From assembly GCF_006345805.1 (NCBI RefSeq), contig NC_042997.1, forward strand, positions 66,340,001 to 66,404,000: 64,000 nt of DNA, written 5' to 3'. Under the pieces are notes generated by a model. It was given only the letters and a program-made list of their open reading frames with translations, had not been told where the DNA came from and made no database searches. Numbering within the stretch: position 1 is the stretch's first letter; each line of letters starts with the position of its first letter. This document shows, one piece after another, positions 11,764 through 28,154 of this stretch. A program made the position numbers and the translations under genes. The DNA comes from Octopus sinensis (taxonomy: Eukaryota).

Positions 11764-13829
11764 GTAAGGATTTTTGCTTCATTTTCTCTTTCTTTTAAAC
11801 CTATTCATAATTATATTTCTAATGAAATAAGGTTATAAAAAGGTTTACCAATGTTTCATAAATAATTTAGATAATAATGAAGTATTTAGAGTGATTTGGT
11901 AAAATAACCGACTTTTTCATTATTAAGTTGATTTTTGTAACATAATTTAACCTCATAACATCTACTATTAACTCTTGATACTTCAAATACTAAGATCTTG
12001 TTGAAGAAAATGACAAACTTCAAAGCGTGGATGAGTTCTAATGATTCTTTATATTTGAACAACATTATTGCATACAAGCAATTATAATATCTCACAGATG
12101 TTGCAACTTCTCAGTCAATGTTTTTAAACTAGCCAAAGTTTAATTTTATGCATATTGATAACTTAGACAATGCAGAGTTAGCAAAAACAAAATTGTTAAC
12201 TCTAAAATCACAATAGAACAGTTTAATTTAAACATGAAGACTTTCAAATAGGTTGTTTGTGGGATCCAAAGTGGTTCGATATCCAACATGTTAAATGTAA
12301 CTGTTCTGTTAATTTGAGTTGCTAAATCTACTTTAGTTTTGTTTTGGCTATGAGCTTGTTTGTTTTGTTTTGCTCTTGTTGTTTAGCTCCAGATCAATTC
12401 TTATCAAGCAGAACAATGATCAAAGGCACTCTTACATTGACCATCCTGTCTTTTAGAAGTATATCTAGAACTACATTATCCAATGCCTTTTCATTATTTA
12501 ATACTTTAGCATTTAAACCAGCCATATTCAGCCTAAATATTCCTGTTTTTATGTTCAAACTAGCTAGATCTGGCTTCTCTCACCTACCCTACAATGTCAT
12601 TCTAAAAATAAACAATCACTTCATTGAAATCTTGATGCTACGAGGTAAAGCATGACTGACTAATTCAAAACTATGTGAATGATAAAAAAAAAAAGGCATC
12701 AGAGGGGTGATGTATACCCTACACACACACAAGAATAAAATAGAATTTAATTTGATAAATATATTCTCAGATGAATTTATATTTCAACAAAATGACATCA
12801 ATAGTTATTTCTCCTGCTTAATGTTTATGCTTATGTAACAAAGAAAAAAAACACTTTGATTCACCCATCTTCCAGTTTTGAAGATAATCAAACCAAAATT
12901 TAATGAGCTCAAGCTACTCACCCAATGAGTATTTCTGCCAAATTTGGTGAAAATCGATTCAGCCATTTTCCAGTAATTTTGCAAACACACAAACACACTA
13001 AACGAGCAACTGCAATAATCTTGCTTCGCTTATGCATGCATGGTTAATTATAAAGCATTACATTGGATAGATAGAGTAATCTGAATGTTAAAGTGTTAAG
13101 ACAAGTAGAGTGCTATATGAAGAAGATTTGGTTGCTATTTCAGGCACATCAAGCAACCATAGAGTCTTCTTCATTGGCTTTCCCCCATCCCAGCTGATCT
13201 AATGATCTATGATCAAAGAACTGTGAAATGCAACAATTCTGCTCTTTTTTTTTTCACTATGTTGTTGTTGCATAATACATTTTTACTTAGGTGTGATTTG
13301 AAAGAGATTTGGCTACTCTTTCTAATAAATCAAATGACTGTACAGAGACATCCTTGTAGATTGATTTTATTAAAGTGAAAGAATGAACAACTGCTTCTGA
13401 CTTGTAATATTTAACTTACTTACCATCATATTTCTAGTAAATACACAACTGCTTGTATGTAATATTGAAGCTGTTTATTACTATATTGCTAATGTTTCAA
13501 TAAATGTTCGATATAATCAAGAATTTGGCAATGTTTAGTATATCTGTAACTTAATGTATTGATATATTTTTGTTTTTACGTGGGTGTTGACCAATTGAAA
13601 TTTCATTTCATCGTATTCATATTTTATTGAGATTTTAATTGAAATATGAACAATTTAGTATATTCTTGTATTCTTTTTTTGCTCATTTCCATCATTAGAC
13701 AGCAACTATATTAGGGCACTAGTATTTGGACCCCAGCACTAATTTCACCATTTTCTTAAGATGCAAAATGCAAAGTGAGCCTTGGCATGATAGGGTGTAA
13801 TTTTGTCAGATGAGAATACCATTGGGTAT

Positions 13830-14140
13830 TTTGATGATGAAGTGTTAAGACTACATCCTCTAGTGAAGGGGATTGGCCTGCAAGAGTCCTGTGCTGGTAC
13901 CACAAAAAAGCACTCATGTCAGTGTCACATAGCAGCACTTGTGCATAAAGACACTTATGCTGGTACCATATTAAAATCACCTAGCACACACTGTAAAGTG
14001 GTTGATGCTAGGACGGGCATCCAGCCATAGAAACCAAGCCAAATCAGGATGGAACCTGGTGCAGCTCTCCTATTTGCCACCTCTGGTCAAACTATCCAAC
14101 CCATGCCAGCATGGAAAATAGACGTTAAAAGATGATGATG
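13830..14140 (+). mobile_element. RTE LINE 3' fragment
   Basis: GGGCATCCAGCCATAGAAACC...CCATGCCAGCATGGAAAATAGACGTTAAAAGATGATG. Confidence 0.75.
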
Positions 14141-14684
14141 GTGGCGGTGGTGGTGGTGTACCAGTTTTCATCTCACATATATAAGCACATGCACACACAC
14201 ACATTTGTTTTACATCAATTTTTTAATACCAATGTTAGTTAGATGGGTACTTTATTTGGGGCAATATTTTTATATTTTTATACTGAGTGTTTTCCTTGCG
14301 ACCAACCCTTTCCTGTTTCTATAATGAAGCAAGTTTATAGTCCAGTATTTTGAGGCCTCTGAGCTATAGGGCATAATGTTCTCCAGGATGTACTCACATC
14401 ATTATTTTTTTCACTCAGTCAATCTCAGGTGAGAAGTAGAGAGTACAACTTTCATGGATGCATATATATTTGCACTGACAAAAACATATGTGTGTGTACC
14501 ATATCTATTGAAATATTTCCATCAACTGGTTCGTATTTTGAAATGTTTTAACTGTGAACAGTCTTGCATAATGTATGCATTTCCTGTTGTAGATTATGCA
14601 GACCTGAAACTTATGTATTAAGTAATTTCAAAATATCACTATTTGATTTGACTTCATTATTACAACTTACATATATAACACCCA

Positions 14685-15045
14685 TTTTCCATTCTGCCAT
14701 GGGTTGAATAGTTTGTCAGGAGCTGACCAGCTGAAGGGTTGTTCAGGCTCCATGTCTGTTTTGGCATCATTTCTATAGCTGGATGCTCTTCCTAACATAA
14801 GCCACTTTACTGAATGTACTGGGTGCTTTTTACATGATACTAGTACTTACAAGCCCACAAGATTATGGATGCTCAGCTGGGGAGGGTTGCAAGGTCAACC
14901 ATGCTTTCACTCAGCTTGACATGTCTTTTCAAGCACAGAAAACCACCAGGAGTCTTGGTCCCCTGTTATCCCTTCTGTGAGTCCCAATGTTTGTAAATCC
15001 TTTCTCACCACTTCGTCCCACATCTTCCTGTGTCTACCTCTTCAA
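14685..15045 (-). mobile_element. RTE LINE 3' fragment, decayed
   Basis: Reverse-complement 3' UTR plus ORF-end remnant (TTCTCACCACTTCGTCCCACATCTTCCTGTGTCTACCTC). Confidence 0.7.
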
Positions 15046-15296
15046 CACATACACACACACACATACATACATACGTATTTTATTTGTGTATTAAGGTTAC
15101 CATTTGTGTATTAAGGTTTCGTGTTAAGAAATACCTCAAACACACATGTTCCATGTGATAGGCTTAATAATTGTTGAGATATTCCTTAACATAAAACCAA
15201 TGGTAGCCTTAATGCACAAATAAAGAAATTTTATCCACCAATGTGGTGTTGAGCATCATTGTTATTGTTCAATATTTGTGTGTGTGTGTATGTATA

Positions 15297-15720
15297 ATCA
15301 TCATCATTTAACGTCTGTTGTCCATGCTGGTATGGGTTGGACAGTGTGACCAGAGCTGGCAAGCCATTGGCTTGCACCAGAATCCAGTCTGATTTGGCAG
15401 AGTTTCTATAGCTGGATGCCCTTCATAATGCCAACCACTTTACAGAGTGTGCTGGATGCTTTTACGTGGCACTGCGTGGGTGCTTTGATGTGGTACCACA
15501 TGGGTGCTTTTACATAGCACTGCACAGGTGCTTTTGCATGACACTGCATGGGCTCTTTTACATGTCACCGCATGAATGCTTCTATGTGTTGCCGTACAAG
15601 TGCTTTCTTATGATACTGCCAAGAGTTCTTTACACAACCAGAAGGATTAGTCTTAACATGTCTGTTGCAGGGTGCAGGTCTTCTTGAGTGTGGCCAGGCA
15701 CCAGGTATCTCATTCCCATA
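15297..15720 (-). mobile_element. RTE LINE 3'-UTR fragment
   Basis: CATCATCATTTAACGTCTG...GCTGGATGCCCTTC with internal short subrepeats. Confidence 0.75.
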
Positions 15721-15723
15721 TTT

Positions 15724-15790
<67 letters not shown>

Positions 15791-16033
15791 TACACACACA
15801 CACATACATACATACACATGGTGGATTTCTATACAGTTTCCATCTACCAATTTCGTTCCCAAAAGGTTGGTTGACCCAAAGCAACAGCCGAACAAGCATG
15901 CTCACTTACTGTACAATGGGACTAAACCTAAACCTGTTTGTGAAGTAAATTTCTCAATCACAGAGCCATGTCTGCACACACACATCCACACATATACATA
16001 TCCTCATCATCATCTGATGTTGGTGGTGGTGCC

Positions 16034-16102
<69 letters not shown>

Positions 16103-16829
16103 GTAAATATATTTTTACAGAGTTAATTCTATTTCAATTCTAAGAGAATCTGATCAAACGTAGGCAAAATTTAATTAATCAATATATATATATATATATA
16201 AATTCAAGTCATTGGGAGAGGGTGAGATTGTATAGTATCATGAAGTTTTGAGTGGGTGTATAAAGAATATAGCACATTCTATACTTCCTGAAGTATTCCT
16301 TTATTTTGTATCAGGAAATGTTCTTATAAGCAAACACATAGGAATGTGTGTGTGTATGTGTGAGAGAAAGAGAGAGAGAGATGAGCTTTCACAGAGTTTC
16401 CGTCTACCGAATTTCATTCAAAAGTTATTGGTTAATCAGAGGCTACAGTAAAAGATTCTTTACCAAGATGTTGTGTAGAAAGATGAAAGCTACACTTGTC
16501 GGTTACAAACTAAACATTTTAACTAAATGGCAATACCTATAGCCCGGTATTATCTCAGATCATTTAAGGCTTAATCTTTTTGGTACCAACCTTACCAAGA
16601 GCATGGTTCTATGATACCAACTTTCTGTTTTAACATGATCAAAATTAAAACCTTCAATTAAATTTTCATGTTAATTTATGTTCTAAGCACCAATTTAATA
16701 ATGACTAAATTATTTTAGTAAATTCTTCATTATTTTTTAAAGTAATTGAAACAAAGGCAATGTATATCACCTGTTTTATGTTCAAACTGGTCAAATCTAG
16801 TCTTTCACACCAACCTTACAATAACAGGG

Positions 16830-17035
16830 TAAAGACCCCCTTCAGTCATGAATGACCATGGGATTGCACCTAGAAAGTTACCCACTGAGACACAATTCTG
16901 GACAAGGTTGTTTATGGAAGACCAGCAGTCGCCCATGCATACCAGCCTTCTTGCTCAAGAATACAACACACAGCCCAGTCCGGGAATCAAACTCACTACC
17001 TCATGATTGTTCTAACCACTGAGCCATGCGCCTTC
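16830..17035 (-). mobile_element. tRNA-derived SINE (AAAGACCCCCTTCAGTCATGAATGACCATGGG family), internally deleted
   Basis: Matches the longer copy at 47390-47720. Confidence 0.75.
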
Positions 17036-17344
17036 ACTCACCTTACAATATCATTCTAAAAATTAAGTTACCTCATCAAAATCACCAGACTCCGGTCTTA
17101 TTTGGCATGGTTTTTTTACGGCTGGATGCCCTTCCTAATGCCAACCACTCTGAAAGTGTAATGGGTGCTTTTACATGTCACTGGCACAACACCAGTATCT
17201 GCCACTACAGTGAATTTGCTAGTCTTGATGGGTTTTCTTCTCAAGCACAACATAATGCCAAAAGTCTCAGTCCTTGCCTTCATGAGGCCCAACACTCAAA
17301 AGGAACTCAGCCACTTGTCTTCCTGTGGCCCAACGTATATATAT

Positions 17345-17440
17345 ATTCTCAGCCAAAACTGTCCTACAAATGGAAACATGAAACCCTGAGTAACAGTTTT
17401 TGTTATGTCTTTTCAGCTTTATTAATAAGGTATATATATG
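17345..17440 (+). mobile_element. PLE-type terminal repeat with decayed HHR (family of 40973)
   Basis: AAAACTGT-CCTACAA-ATG-GAAA-CAT-GAA-ACCCTGAGT-A-ACAGTTTT. The 8-bp stem I is perfect but the core is mutated. Confidence 0.7.
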
Positions 17441-17454
17441 TAAATATACATACA

Positions 17455-17490
<36 letters not shown>

Positions 17491-17501
17491 TAGAGAGAGA
17501 G

Positions 17502-17730
17502 AGGTGGCGAACTGGCAGAAACGTTAGCGCACCGGGCGAAATGCTTAGCGGTATTTCGTTTGTCGTTATGTTCTGAGTTCAAATTCCGCCGAGATCGACT
17601 TTGCCTTTCATCTTTTCGGGGTTGATAAATAAAATACCAGTTTCGCACTGGGTCGATGTAATCGACTTAATCCTGTTGTCTGTCCTTGTTTGTCCCCTCT
17701 ATGTTTTAGCCCCTTGTGGCAAGAAATATA
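17502..17730 (+). mobile_element. Young tRNA-derived SINE
   Basis: GGTGGCGAACTGGCAG A box, GAGTTCAAATTCC B box and CCTTTCATCTTTTCGGGGTTGATA domain. CpGs retained. Confidence 0.85.
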
Positions 17731-18329
17731 TATATATATATACATTTATATATGACAAGCTTCTCTTGGTTTTTGTCTACCAAATCCTACTTGGTTGGCC
17801 TGAGGCTATAGTGGAATACATTTGCCCAAGGTGCCATGCAGTGAAACTGAACCCCAAACTTTGTGGTTGGAAAACGAACTTTTTATCACACTGCCATGTT
17901 GGCTCCTAATCACTTGGTTCACTTTTGTGCATGAGCAACATGAGAAGTATCTGTACATGTTGAGTAGAATAAATATCATATGTTATTTTTGTTTGATGCA
18001 CCAGTTTATCAGCAATTTTCTCTCAGATGTCTATATCTTTCATCGATATATCGTTCATTGATATGCACATGTTGCTAGTGACACGATATGAACTAGCAAC
18101 CGTTTTCTCTTAATGTCTGGCTTTCTACTTAGCTAGCTGAAACCTCTACCAATGTCTATAATGAAGTGTGATTGACTCACCCACCTCTATCCTCCTCCAT
18201 ACTCTCTCTGTATAATATTGATGTGTCTAATGAAGTGAAGTTTATTGTCAATTGAGAATAGCAGTTTGAGGAATTCCTGCATTGATGCAGTGAGTCGCTA
18301 AGTCAGATGATTTGCAACAGTTGTTTGGG

Positions 18330-18910
18330 AAGAAATCTTTGGGGTATTTAACCAGCAATAATGCTGTTGATGTTGATATTTACTTGAGAGTAGGTGGCAG
18401 GTGCAATAACGACAGTGTTAGTGATAGGTTTGCTGCTGGGGGTAATAATAACAGTAACCATGCCAGTGTTGCTGGTGGTCATGGTAGTGGTGGTGGTGAT
18501 GGTGGTGGTTGTCATCGTCATTAGCATGAGGGTAACAGTCTTGGTGATGTTAGTGGCGGTGGTCATCACAGTTATGATTGTCATGATGGTAATGTCATGG
18601 CACTGGTGTTGATGACAGTGGTAGTGGTGGTCGTGGTCATGGTGGTGGTGGTTATCGTCATCATCATCTTTGTCATCATTGTCACCATTGGTGTCTTTTG
18701 TAATGCTAGTGGTGGTTGTTGTCATTGGCATTGTCATGATGGTGGTGGTGGTGGTGGTGGTGGTGGTCTTCATCTTCATTGTTGTTGTTGTGGTGGTAAC
18801 AGTACTAACTTTGATGTTATTGGTGTTGTTGGTTATGGTCAAAGTAGTGGAGTTAGTGTTTGTTGTTGCTGTTGTGGTGGTGGTGGTGGTGGCAGTGGGG
18901 GTGGTAATTA
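18330..18910. repeat. Degenerate GGT/GTT/GAT trinucleotide low-complexity tract
   Basis: Directly visible mixed triplet repeats. Confidence 0.8.
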
Positions 18911-19054
18911 AAATCATTGAAAGGCTGAAAGATTGATTGAAGAGTTTCAGCTACATGATTCAGAGATAAAACCAAACCAAACATTTCATCTTATTTCATC
19001 TTGTTACTGTTGTTACTGTTCTTTTTGTTGTTATTCTTCTTTGTGTTGTTGATA

Positions 19055-19092
<38 letters not shown>

Positions 19093-19139
19093 GTATTATT
19101 ATTATTATTATCATCATTATTATTGTTGTTTTTATTATG

Positions 19140-20490
<1,351 letters not shown>

Positions 20491-21296
20491 TTCAAGCATG
20501 ATTGTGCAGTTAAAAACTTTACTTCAAAACAAAATGGCCTCAGGATTGATTCCACTGACTGCATAGTACCTTGAGCAAGTGTCTTTTACCATAGACTCAG
20601 CTTAACCAAATATTTATGACTGAAGTTTGGTACATGAAAACTTTGTGTGTGTAAAAAATGTGCAATATATACATATAAAAGATCAATAATTTCTCATTTA
20701 AACAAGGTATGCAGTATAGACCTGAAAAGAATCTCTCATGTAAATAAGGTGTGCTGTGTATGCTAAGAAGCAACCAACCATTGGCTTTCAAATGGAACAG
20801 ATTCTGCTTCTTTCAAGCGCAAACTATGTTTAGAGAAAGTTTCTGTTATATCTCTTTTCAAGTTTCTTTAGAATGTGAATATTTTAAAAGAGTTTCTGAT
20901 TAGGCCAATATAAGATCTAAGAGCAGGGTAGTTGTTGAAGTGGATTATATATGTGTGTATATGTATGTATGTGTGTGTGAAGATGCATGATCTAGTGATT
21001 AGTGTGTTGCATTCATATCATAGGATTGTGGTTTCAATTCCTGGACCCGCTCTTTCATTGTTTTCTTGAGTAAAGCCCTTCACTTCACATTACTCTGCAA
21101 TTCCTCCAGGATCTGACCTGTGACACACCATTTGCCTGGACAAGCAAGATTGAATTTGATGAAGTGAGTGAGTAAATGTACAGCGCAAACATTTGATCAC
21201 TATAAACAAATCATCTGTACAGATTCTTCAGCAAGAAGTTGTGGAACCCTCATCTATCAATTACTGCAAGAAATTATAGCAAACACATATACGTAC

Positions 21297-22100
<804 letters not shown>

Positions 22101-22109
22101 ATATATATA

Positions 22110-23367
22110 TCAGGTCGTTAAGAATGAAATATCCAATTTTCAACTGAAAGTTTATTTTACTTTATCTCAACAAAAAGCAATGCAATTAATCAAATTATCA
22201 ACACAATTTTGCCATTTTATCGGTAGCTTATTTATGCTGGCAGAGAAGAACTCTGGCGGGCAAGAGGTGATGAAATCACGAAAGGCTGTTTTTGCATCTT
22301 CTTCAGATTTGAAGTCTTTTCTTGCAAGAAGTTGTCTCATGCCTGCAAACCATGATAGTCAGTTAGTGCAAGGTCTGATGAATATGGTGGATGACTGAGT
22401 ACTTCCAACTTCAGTTCCTGTAACTTGAGTAGTGTTCTTTGTGCAACATGTGGTCAAGCATTGTCTTGCAAGAGAACTGGCCTGTCTCTATTGACCAATC
22501 GCAGTTGTTTAATTGCAAGTTCACTCATTAGTTCATCCAATTGGTTAATGTATACATCCGCTGTAATTGACTTACCAGGTCTCATGGAGCTGTAGTGGAT
22601 GACACTAGCGCTGGACCACCAAACAGACATCATTAGCTTTTATTGGTGAATATTCTTTTTTGGATTGTGTTTTGGCACTTCATCTCTATCCAATCACTGT
22701 GCAGAACGCTTGCTGTTGTTGAAAAGAATCCATTTTGCATCACATGTAACAACATGATGCAAAAATGGTTCGCTTTTATCCCATAACAGCAAAGAACAGC
22801 AAGTTTCAAGATGACGTGTCATTTGATGCTCATTCAGTTCTTGTGGTACCCACTTGTCCAGCTTCTTTATCCTGCTGATTTGTTTCAGATGATCCAATAC
22901 AGTTGGAATTGAAACATCAAACCTTGCTGCTAACTCACGCATAGTTTGAGATGTATCCGCTTCCAATACAGTTTCCAGCCCATCATTATCCACCTTGGTC
23001 TCTGGTCTACCATGGGGCTGATTTTCAAGAGTAAAGTTACCAGACAGGAACTTCTCAAACCATTGACATACAGTGCACTTATTCGCCAAACACCTCATTG
23101 ATGTTTCGAGCTGTCTGGGATGCATTGGTTCCATGACAGAACTCATATTCATAAACAACACAAATTTTTTATCTATCCATGGGTTCACAAAAATTGACTT
23201 ACAAGAGAAAACTCAATATAATCAGACACCATGGATTGCATTTCAAAATGTGAAGATGTAATTCTTCAGTGTTGTAAAACAAAGAATTGTCAGGGTAAAA
23301 CACTAGAGTTAATGACTGTCAAACTTGGTGCATAAGAAAATCGGACATTTCATTCTTAATGACCTGA
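22110..23367 (-). mobile_element. Full-length mariner transposon (D,D34D), transposase disabled
   Basis: About 30-bp TIRs TCAGGTC(G/A)TTAAGAATGAAAT..., flanked by TA, 1258 bp long. Minus strand gives WFEKF..GNFTLEN..HGRP, KWVPQEL, VTCDAKWI and QDNA*PH...HPPYSSDLALTDY, with 34 residues between the last two Asp. Confidence 0.92.
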
Positions 23368-24464
23368 TATATGTGTGTGTGTGTGTGTGTGTATGAGAGA
23401 GAGAGAAACAGAAAGAGAAATACATGTGTTTGTGTTGCTATGTGTTTATGTATATGTATGTATGCATGGTTTTGTTATCACTGTATTCCATATTGGTTAT
23501 CTATGTTTTTTTATTTTCAAACTTCTGTTAAATCCTGTGCTCATGTGTGTGTTTTTGTTGTTGTTGGTGGTGGTGCTGGCACTACCAGTGTTGGTGTTGG
23601 TGGACATGGACATGTTGGTGGGAAGTGGGAAAGGTGGTAGGTGAAAGAGTCTTTCTTTAAATTTAAACTGGCAGAATTAATTCTCAATTTATGATCTCTT
23701 GAATTTGATTGACTTCTCCAACTCAAAAGAATTATTTTCTTTCTTTTCCTTTTCTTTTTCTTTTCCTTTGTGTGTGTGTGTGTGTGTGTGCGCACACGTT
23801 TATGTGTGTGTGTGTGTTTGTGCGTCTCTGTGTGTATGTATTTGTGTGTCTTCTCTTGTTTTCCAGCTTTGGTTTGTATTTGTTAACAAGAGTTTGTGCT
23901 GCTGCTGTGAGACGAAGAGATAATTCTTTCATGCCATCCCTCATTAAAGCTACTTCAGAGTCAGATTCAGACACTAAAGTGACTTTAGATCTAACTGTTA
24001 CCATTCTGTCATCTTTTTTTTAAAGCAACACTGTGCTTTCAGGTTAAGATAAAAATCAAAAAAAGGAAATAAAAGAAATAAAAATTCAAGAAAAAGGACT
24101 GAATATTGCTGCAACAAAACATTTGTTTATTTATGAGTTTGTTTTGTTCTTGTTGCCATTTATATGTTCTATTTTTATTTTATTCTTGCTTTTGTCCTCT
24201 AGAAATAAAAGAAAGCTTACAAAAAAATTGTACAACAAATTGTAAAATACAAAGATAATAATTTCTGTCACTCTTCACTGCATTTCCATTCTTCTGTGAT
24301 TTCTCATTTAACATTAGTTTTATACATAGAAAGCAAGTGTGTGTGTGTGTGTATACAATAAAAAGCACAACAATACATATATACATTTACCCAATTGTAC
24401 ATACACACACATGCTTATAATAATGCATACAATACCTAGAACATGTATACATACACATGTCAAC

Positions 24465-24750
24465 ATCATCATCATCATATAGCATCCATTTTGCATACTA
24501 GCATGGGTAAGACAGTTTGGCTGGTCTGGTAAACTGGAGGGCTGCACTGGGCTCCAGTCTGTTTTGGCTTAGTTTCCTTCCTAATGTCAACCACTCTATA
24601 GAGTGTACTAGGTGCCTTTCATGCCCCACCAACAAAGCACAGCAAATTGCCAAAGGTTTTGGTCACTTGTCATTGCTTCATGTGACTCAATATCCAAAGA
24701 TCACATTTCACCATCTCATCCTATGTCTTCCTGGGTCTACCTCTTCCACA
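24465..24750 (-). mobile_element. RTE LINE 3' fragment, decayed
   Basis: Family 3' UTR and CTTCCTGGGTCTACCTCTTCCACAGGTTCC (antisense of GTCGRGRPRK). Confidence 0.7.
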
Positions 24751-26044
24751 GGTTCCCTCCAAGTTAGATTATTTAATATCCGTGTTCCATGCTAGCATGG
24801 GTTTGGCAGTTTGACAAGAGTCCAATGAGTGAAGGACTGCATCATACTCCAGTGTCTACTTGGGCATGGTTTCTAATGGTTGGATGCCCTTCTTTATGCC
24901 AACCACTTCACAGTGTCTACTGTGTGGCTTTTGTTTTGCCACCAGCACTAGGTCACCATGTAACTCACAAGTCTACAAACTCAAGGAGGGAGGATGTTGC
25001 CTCCATGCATTAGCTGAAAGTTAAGATATGAGGGAAGAGGTTGGGGTAGAGCAGGTTCTTGTTTTAGAGCAGCTATGTGTCTACTCACATTTTGGGGGAG
25101 AGAGTAAGAATGAATATGCATATACAGACATACAAGTCTACACACACATATTCCTACAAGGAGTACAAGCATGGCTGTGTAGTTAAGTTTACTTTGTAAA
25201 CACATGGTTTTGAGATCAATCACTCTGCATGGCACCTTGCGTAACTTATTTTCTACTATAGCTACAGATTGACTAATACATTATATTAGTATCATTTGGC
25301 TGTCAGAAATTGTGTGGAAGCTGTCATTTGTATGTATATCATGCAATATGTATACCAGGTATGGCTGTGTGACTAGAAAGTTGGAACAAATATAACAAGT
25401 GTTCTATTTAAGGCTATAACAATTCTACCAACTCACTACCTTATACAAGACCAGGTGGATAGGCAATAAGAAGCCATCCAGCATTGTCTTTCACTAACCC
25501 TTAAACATCATAGTATCTGGTATGCATGACCTATAGCTTCTAGTTGTCTAATTGTCTGTGTTTAGATTTGCTCTCATAAAGCTGGCCTAAGCACATGAAC
25601 TATAGCAGAAACAAAGGAGCCTCTATCCTTATTACTTGAATTGATAAAATAGTTGGTAAATCTTTCTCAAATCGTAACCTATTGTCTTTAATAAATTGGA
25701 CAATGTGGTCCCTGACATACAGTTTGATATACATAATTTGGAGATATCCTTCCACCCTTCTTAGAAAACTCAACTCCTAATGGATTCATAAGGGTGCTGT
25801 CCTGACATGCAATATGTCTTTAGTTCTTTAAACCTGGTGGAACCTATCCCTCTCCATGTTTGAACACTGCCAGTTTCTTCCTGGGAGAGTGGGAAAAAAA
25901 GTGCTAGCCCCAATACTGAACACGTACTTTATTCATTAACTTCTGAAAAGATGAAAGGTAAAGTTGATCTTGATAGGATTTGAACTCAGAACACAGAGAA
26001 CTTGAATGAATATATACAACTTATTCTAGAATCCACCAACATTA

Positions 26045-26228
26045 CCGTATTTTCTGGCATTGCAAGTTGAAGATTTCAAACTAAAATTTACAGCCAAAAA
26101 AGTAGGTCAACTTACACAGCAAGACAACTTTGCAGGACCAAAAATTCTATGTGAAATACTACAGGATTTGGAAACATAGTAGCAATGTCTGTATTAAACT
26201 ATGTTGACTTGTATGCCAGAAAATACAG
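26045..26228. mobile_element. Tc1/mariner-pogo-type MITE, 184 bp
   Basis: TIRs C(C/T)GTATTTTCTGGCAT at both ends, each flanked by TA (26043-44, 26229-30). Confidence 0.7.
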
Positions 26229-26304
26229 TATTTAAATATATGCCTGTCTCTCAAATTGTTCATAAGAGACACATGTTTCTTTTATCTGTACATACTTTTT
26301 CTAA

Positions 26305-26600
26305 GTGTGGCTTAGTGGTTAGGGTATTTGGGTCATGAGTTCAATTCCCAGCAACATGTTCTGTCCTTGAGCAAGACACTTTATTTCATATTGTTCCAGA
26401 CAATGCAGCTAGCAAAAATGAATTGTACCTGTATTTCAAAGGGCCAGCGTTGTCACATTCTGTGTCATGCTAAATCTCTCTGAGAATTACATTAACAGTA
26501 CACATGTCTGCAGAGTGCTCGAGTACTTTTGCGTTAATTTCACAAGCAAGCTATTTTGTTGATCGAATCAACTGGAACCCTCGTTGTCGTAGCCAGTTAC
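26305..26600 (+). mobile_element. tRNA-derived SINE (GTGTCCTTGAGCAAGACACTT family)
   Basis: GTGGCTTAGTGGTTAGGG A box, GAGTTCAATTCC B box, TGTCCTTGAGCAAGACACTTT core. Confidence 0.75.
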
Positions 26601-28154
26601 TTTTTCTTTTTATCTGTATTATTTTGCCCAGTTTAACATGAATGTTTGGTTCCTTTGAGTACTTTTAGTAGAGTTCACTCTGTTGGAAGGTAGTCAAGCC
26701 AGATTTCTGTTTTCAGGATAACTACATCCAACCAGTGTCAGAAGCCCTAAAAAGAGATATCAGAGCTTCTCTTTTCTCAGCACTTAAAGAAACTTCTAAA
26801 AAAAAAAAGACACACTCACATATAATAAGTCATTTTCAGAATGATCACACCAGCAAAATCTTTTCCATTTCATGAGGTGAAATTCAACCAAGAATTAATT
26901 ATCACTGTTGCCATTATTTAATATCTCAGGTCAGCCTTGATCAAGCAGACCTATGACCAAAGGTGTTCCAGGTATTGCTGTCTTGTTTTCAGATACAAGG
27001 TATCTTAGACTGCATTATTCAATGTACATTTGCTTGTTTAAGGTGGTTAAAGTGAGATTTGATAGAGTTAGAGATTTGATTGCTATTTCTAGTAAGCCAA
27101 GTGACCATGTAGAGGTTCCTCATTGACACATCCTGGACTTAGCTGGACGAGGTGGGGTGGAATGTCTTGACTAAGAAAGCAGTAGATAACTTACTAGTAA
27201 CTGCCTAAACCAGTTTAATGAAGCAGCATAAATCTATCAGAATGAGAACATTTCTCAAGATTAATTATAACTGACAGAATATGACAGCTTTCACTCCCTA
27301 TCAAATGTAATACAACTTTATATGTCTTGTAAGAATTGAATAAGAGATTTAGTAAGTATGAGAGAATGTGTGGGAAACAGAAGATGAAATTTCATTTGAT
27401 TCAATATCGTGCAAAGTAGAAAGAATTCTTAAGGAAATATACAGCCTCTGCTGTTGTTGTCTAAGCTCCAGTGCAGTTGTAATCAAGCAGATCTATGATC
27501 TAAGCTATTCCAGCTTTAGCTATTAAGTCTTTTATTTTTTCTTCCAGTATCTAGGGCTACATTATCAACTATGTCCTTCTTTTTGTAGTATTATTTGAGA
27601 GAGATTTTGGCTAGTATTTGTATTATATTGAATGATTTCATAGTGGTTCTCTCAATTGCCTTTTCATCATTGTCCTTTAATGTCCCATTTTCCATGCTGG
27701 CATAGGTTGAACAGTTGGACAGTTGCACCAGGTTCCAGTCTGATTTGGCTTGGTTTCAATGGCTGGATGTCCTTCCTAATACTAGCCACTTTACAGTGTG
27801 TTGGGTGTTTTTAACATGGCGCCAGCTTATGTAGCCACTTTTTTTCTTTTTTCTACTTAGTGGCATTTCTTCCAGCTTTACATTCTGAGTTCAAATTCCA
27901 CCAAGGTTGACTTTGCTTTTCATTCTCTCAAGATCAATAGAAGTACCAGTTGAATACTGGGGTTGCTGTAATAGACATACCCTCATCACCACAGCCCATC
28001 CTCAAAAAAATTCAGACCTTTTGTCTATAGTAGAAAGAGTTATTTATTTGGTCTGAAGAAAAAATCGTGCCAATGACATTCACAAACCAATGAGACTAAT
28101 GCAGCTACCATTTCTCTTGAACAGTTGCAAATCAACAACACCATAAAAAAACAC

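Noticed and set aside
18071-18100. 9-bp hairpin GTTGCTAGT/ACTAGCAAC
   Set aside because: Short enough to occur by chance in 64 kb, with no supporting context.
18348-18917. 189-aa Thr-rich mucin-like ORF
   Set aside because: Degenerate triplet repeat, open in several frames on both strands.
26717-26825. DNYIQPVSEAL as a possible late MLH1 exon (human DNYVPPLEGL)
   Set aside because: Similarity limited to three or four residues, then the frame runs into an A-run and a stop with no donor.
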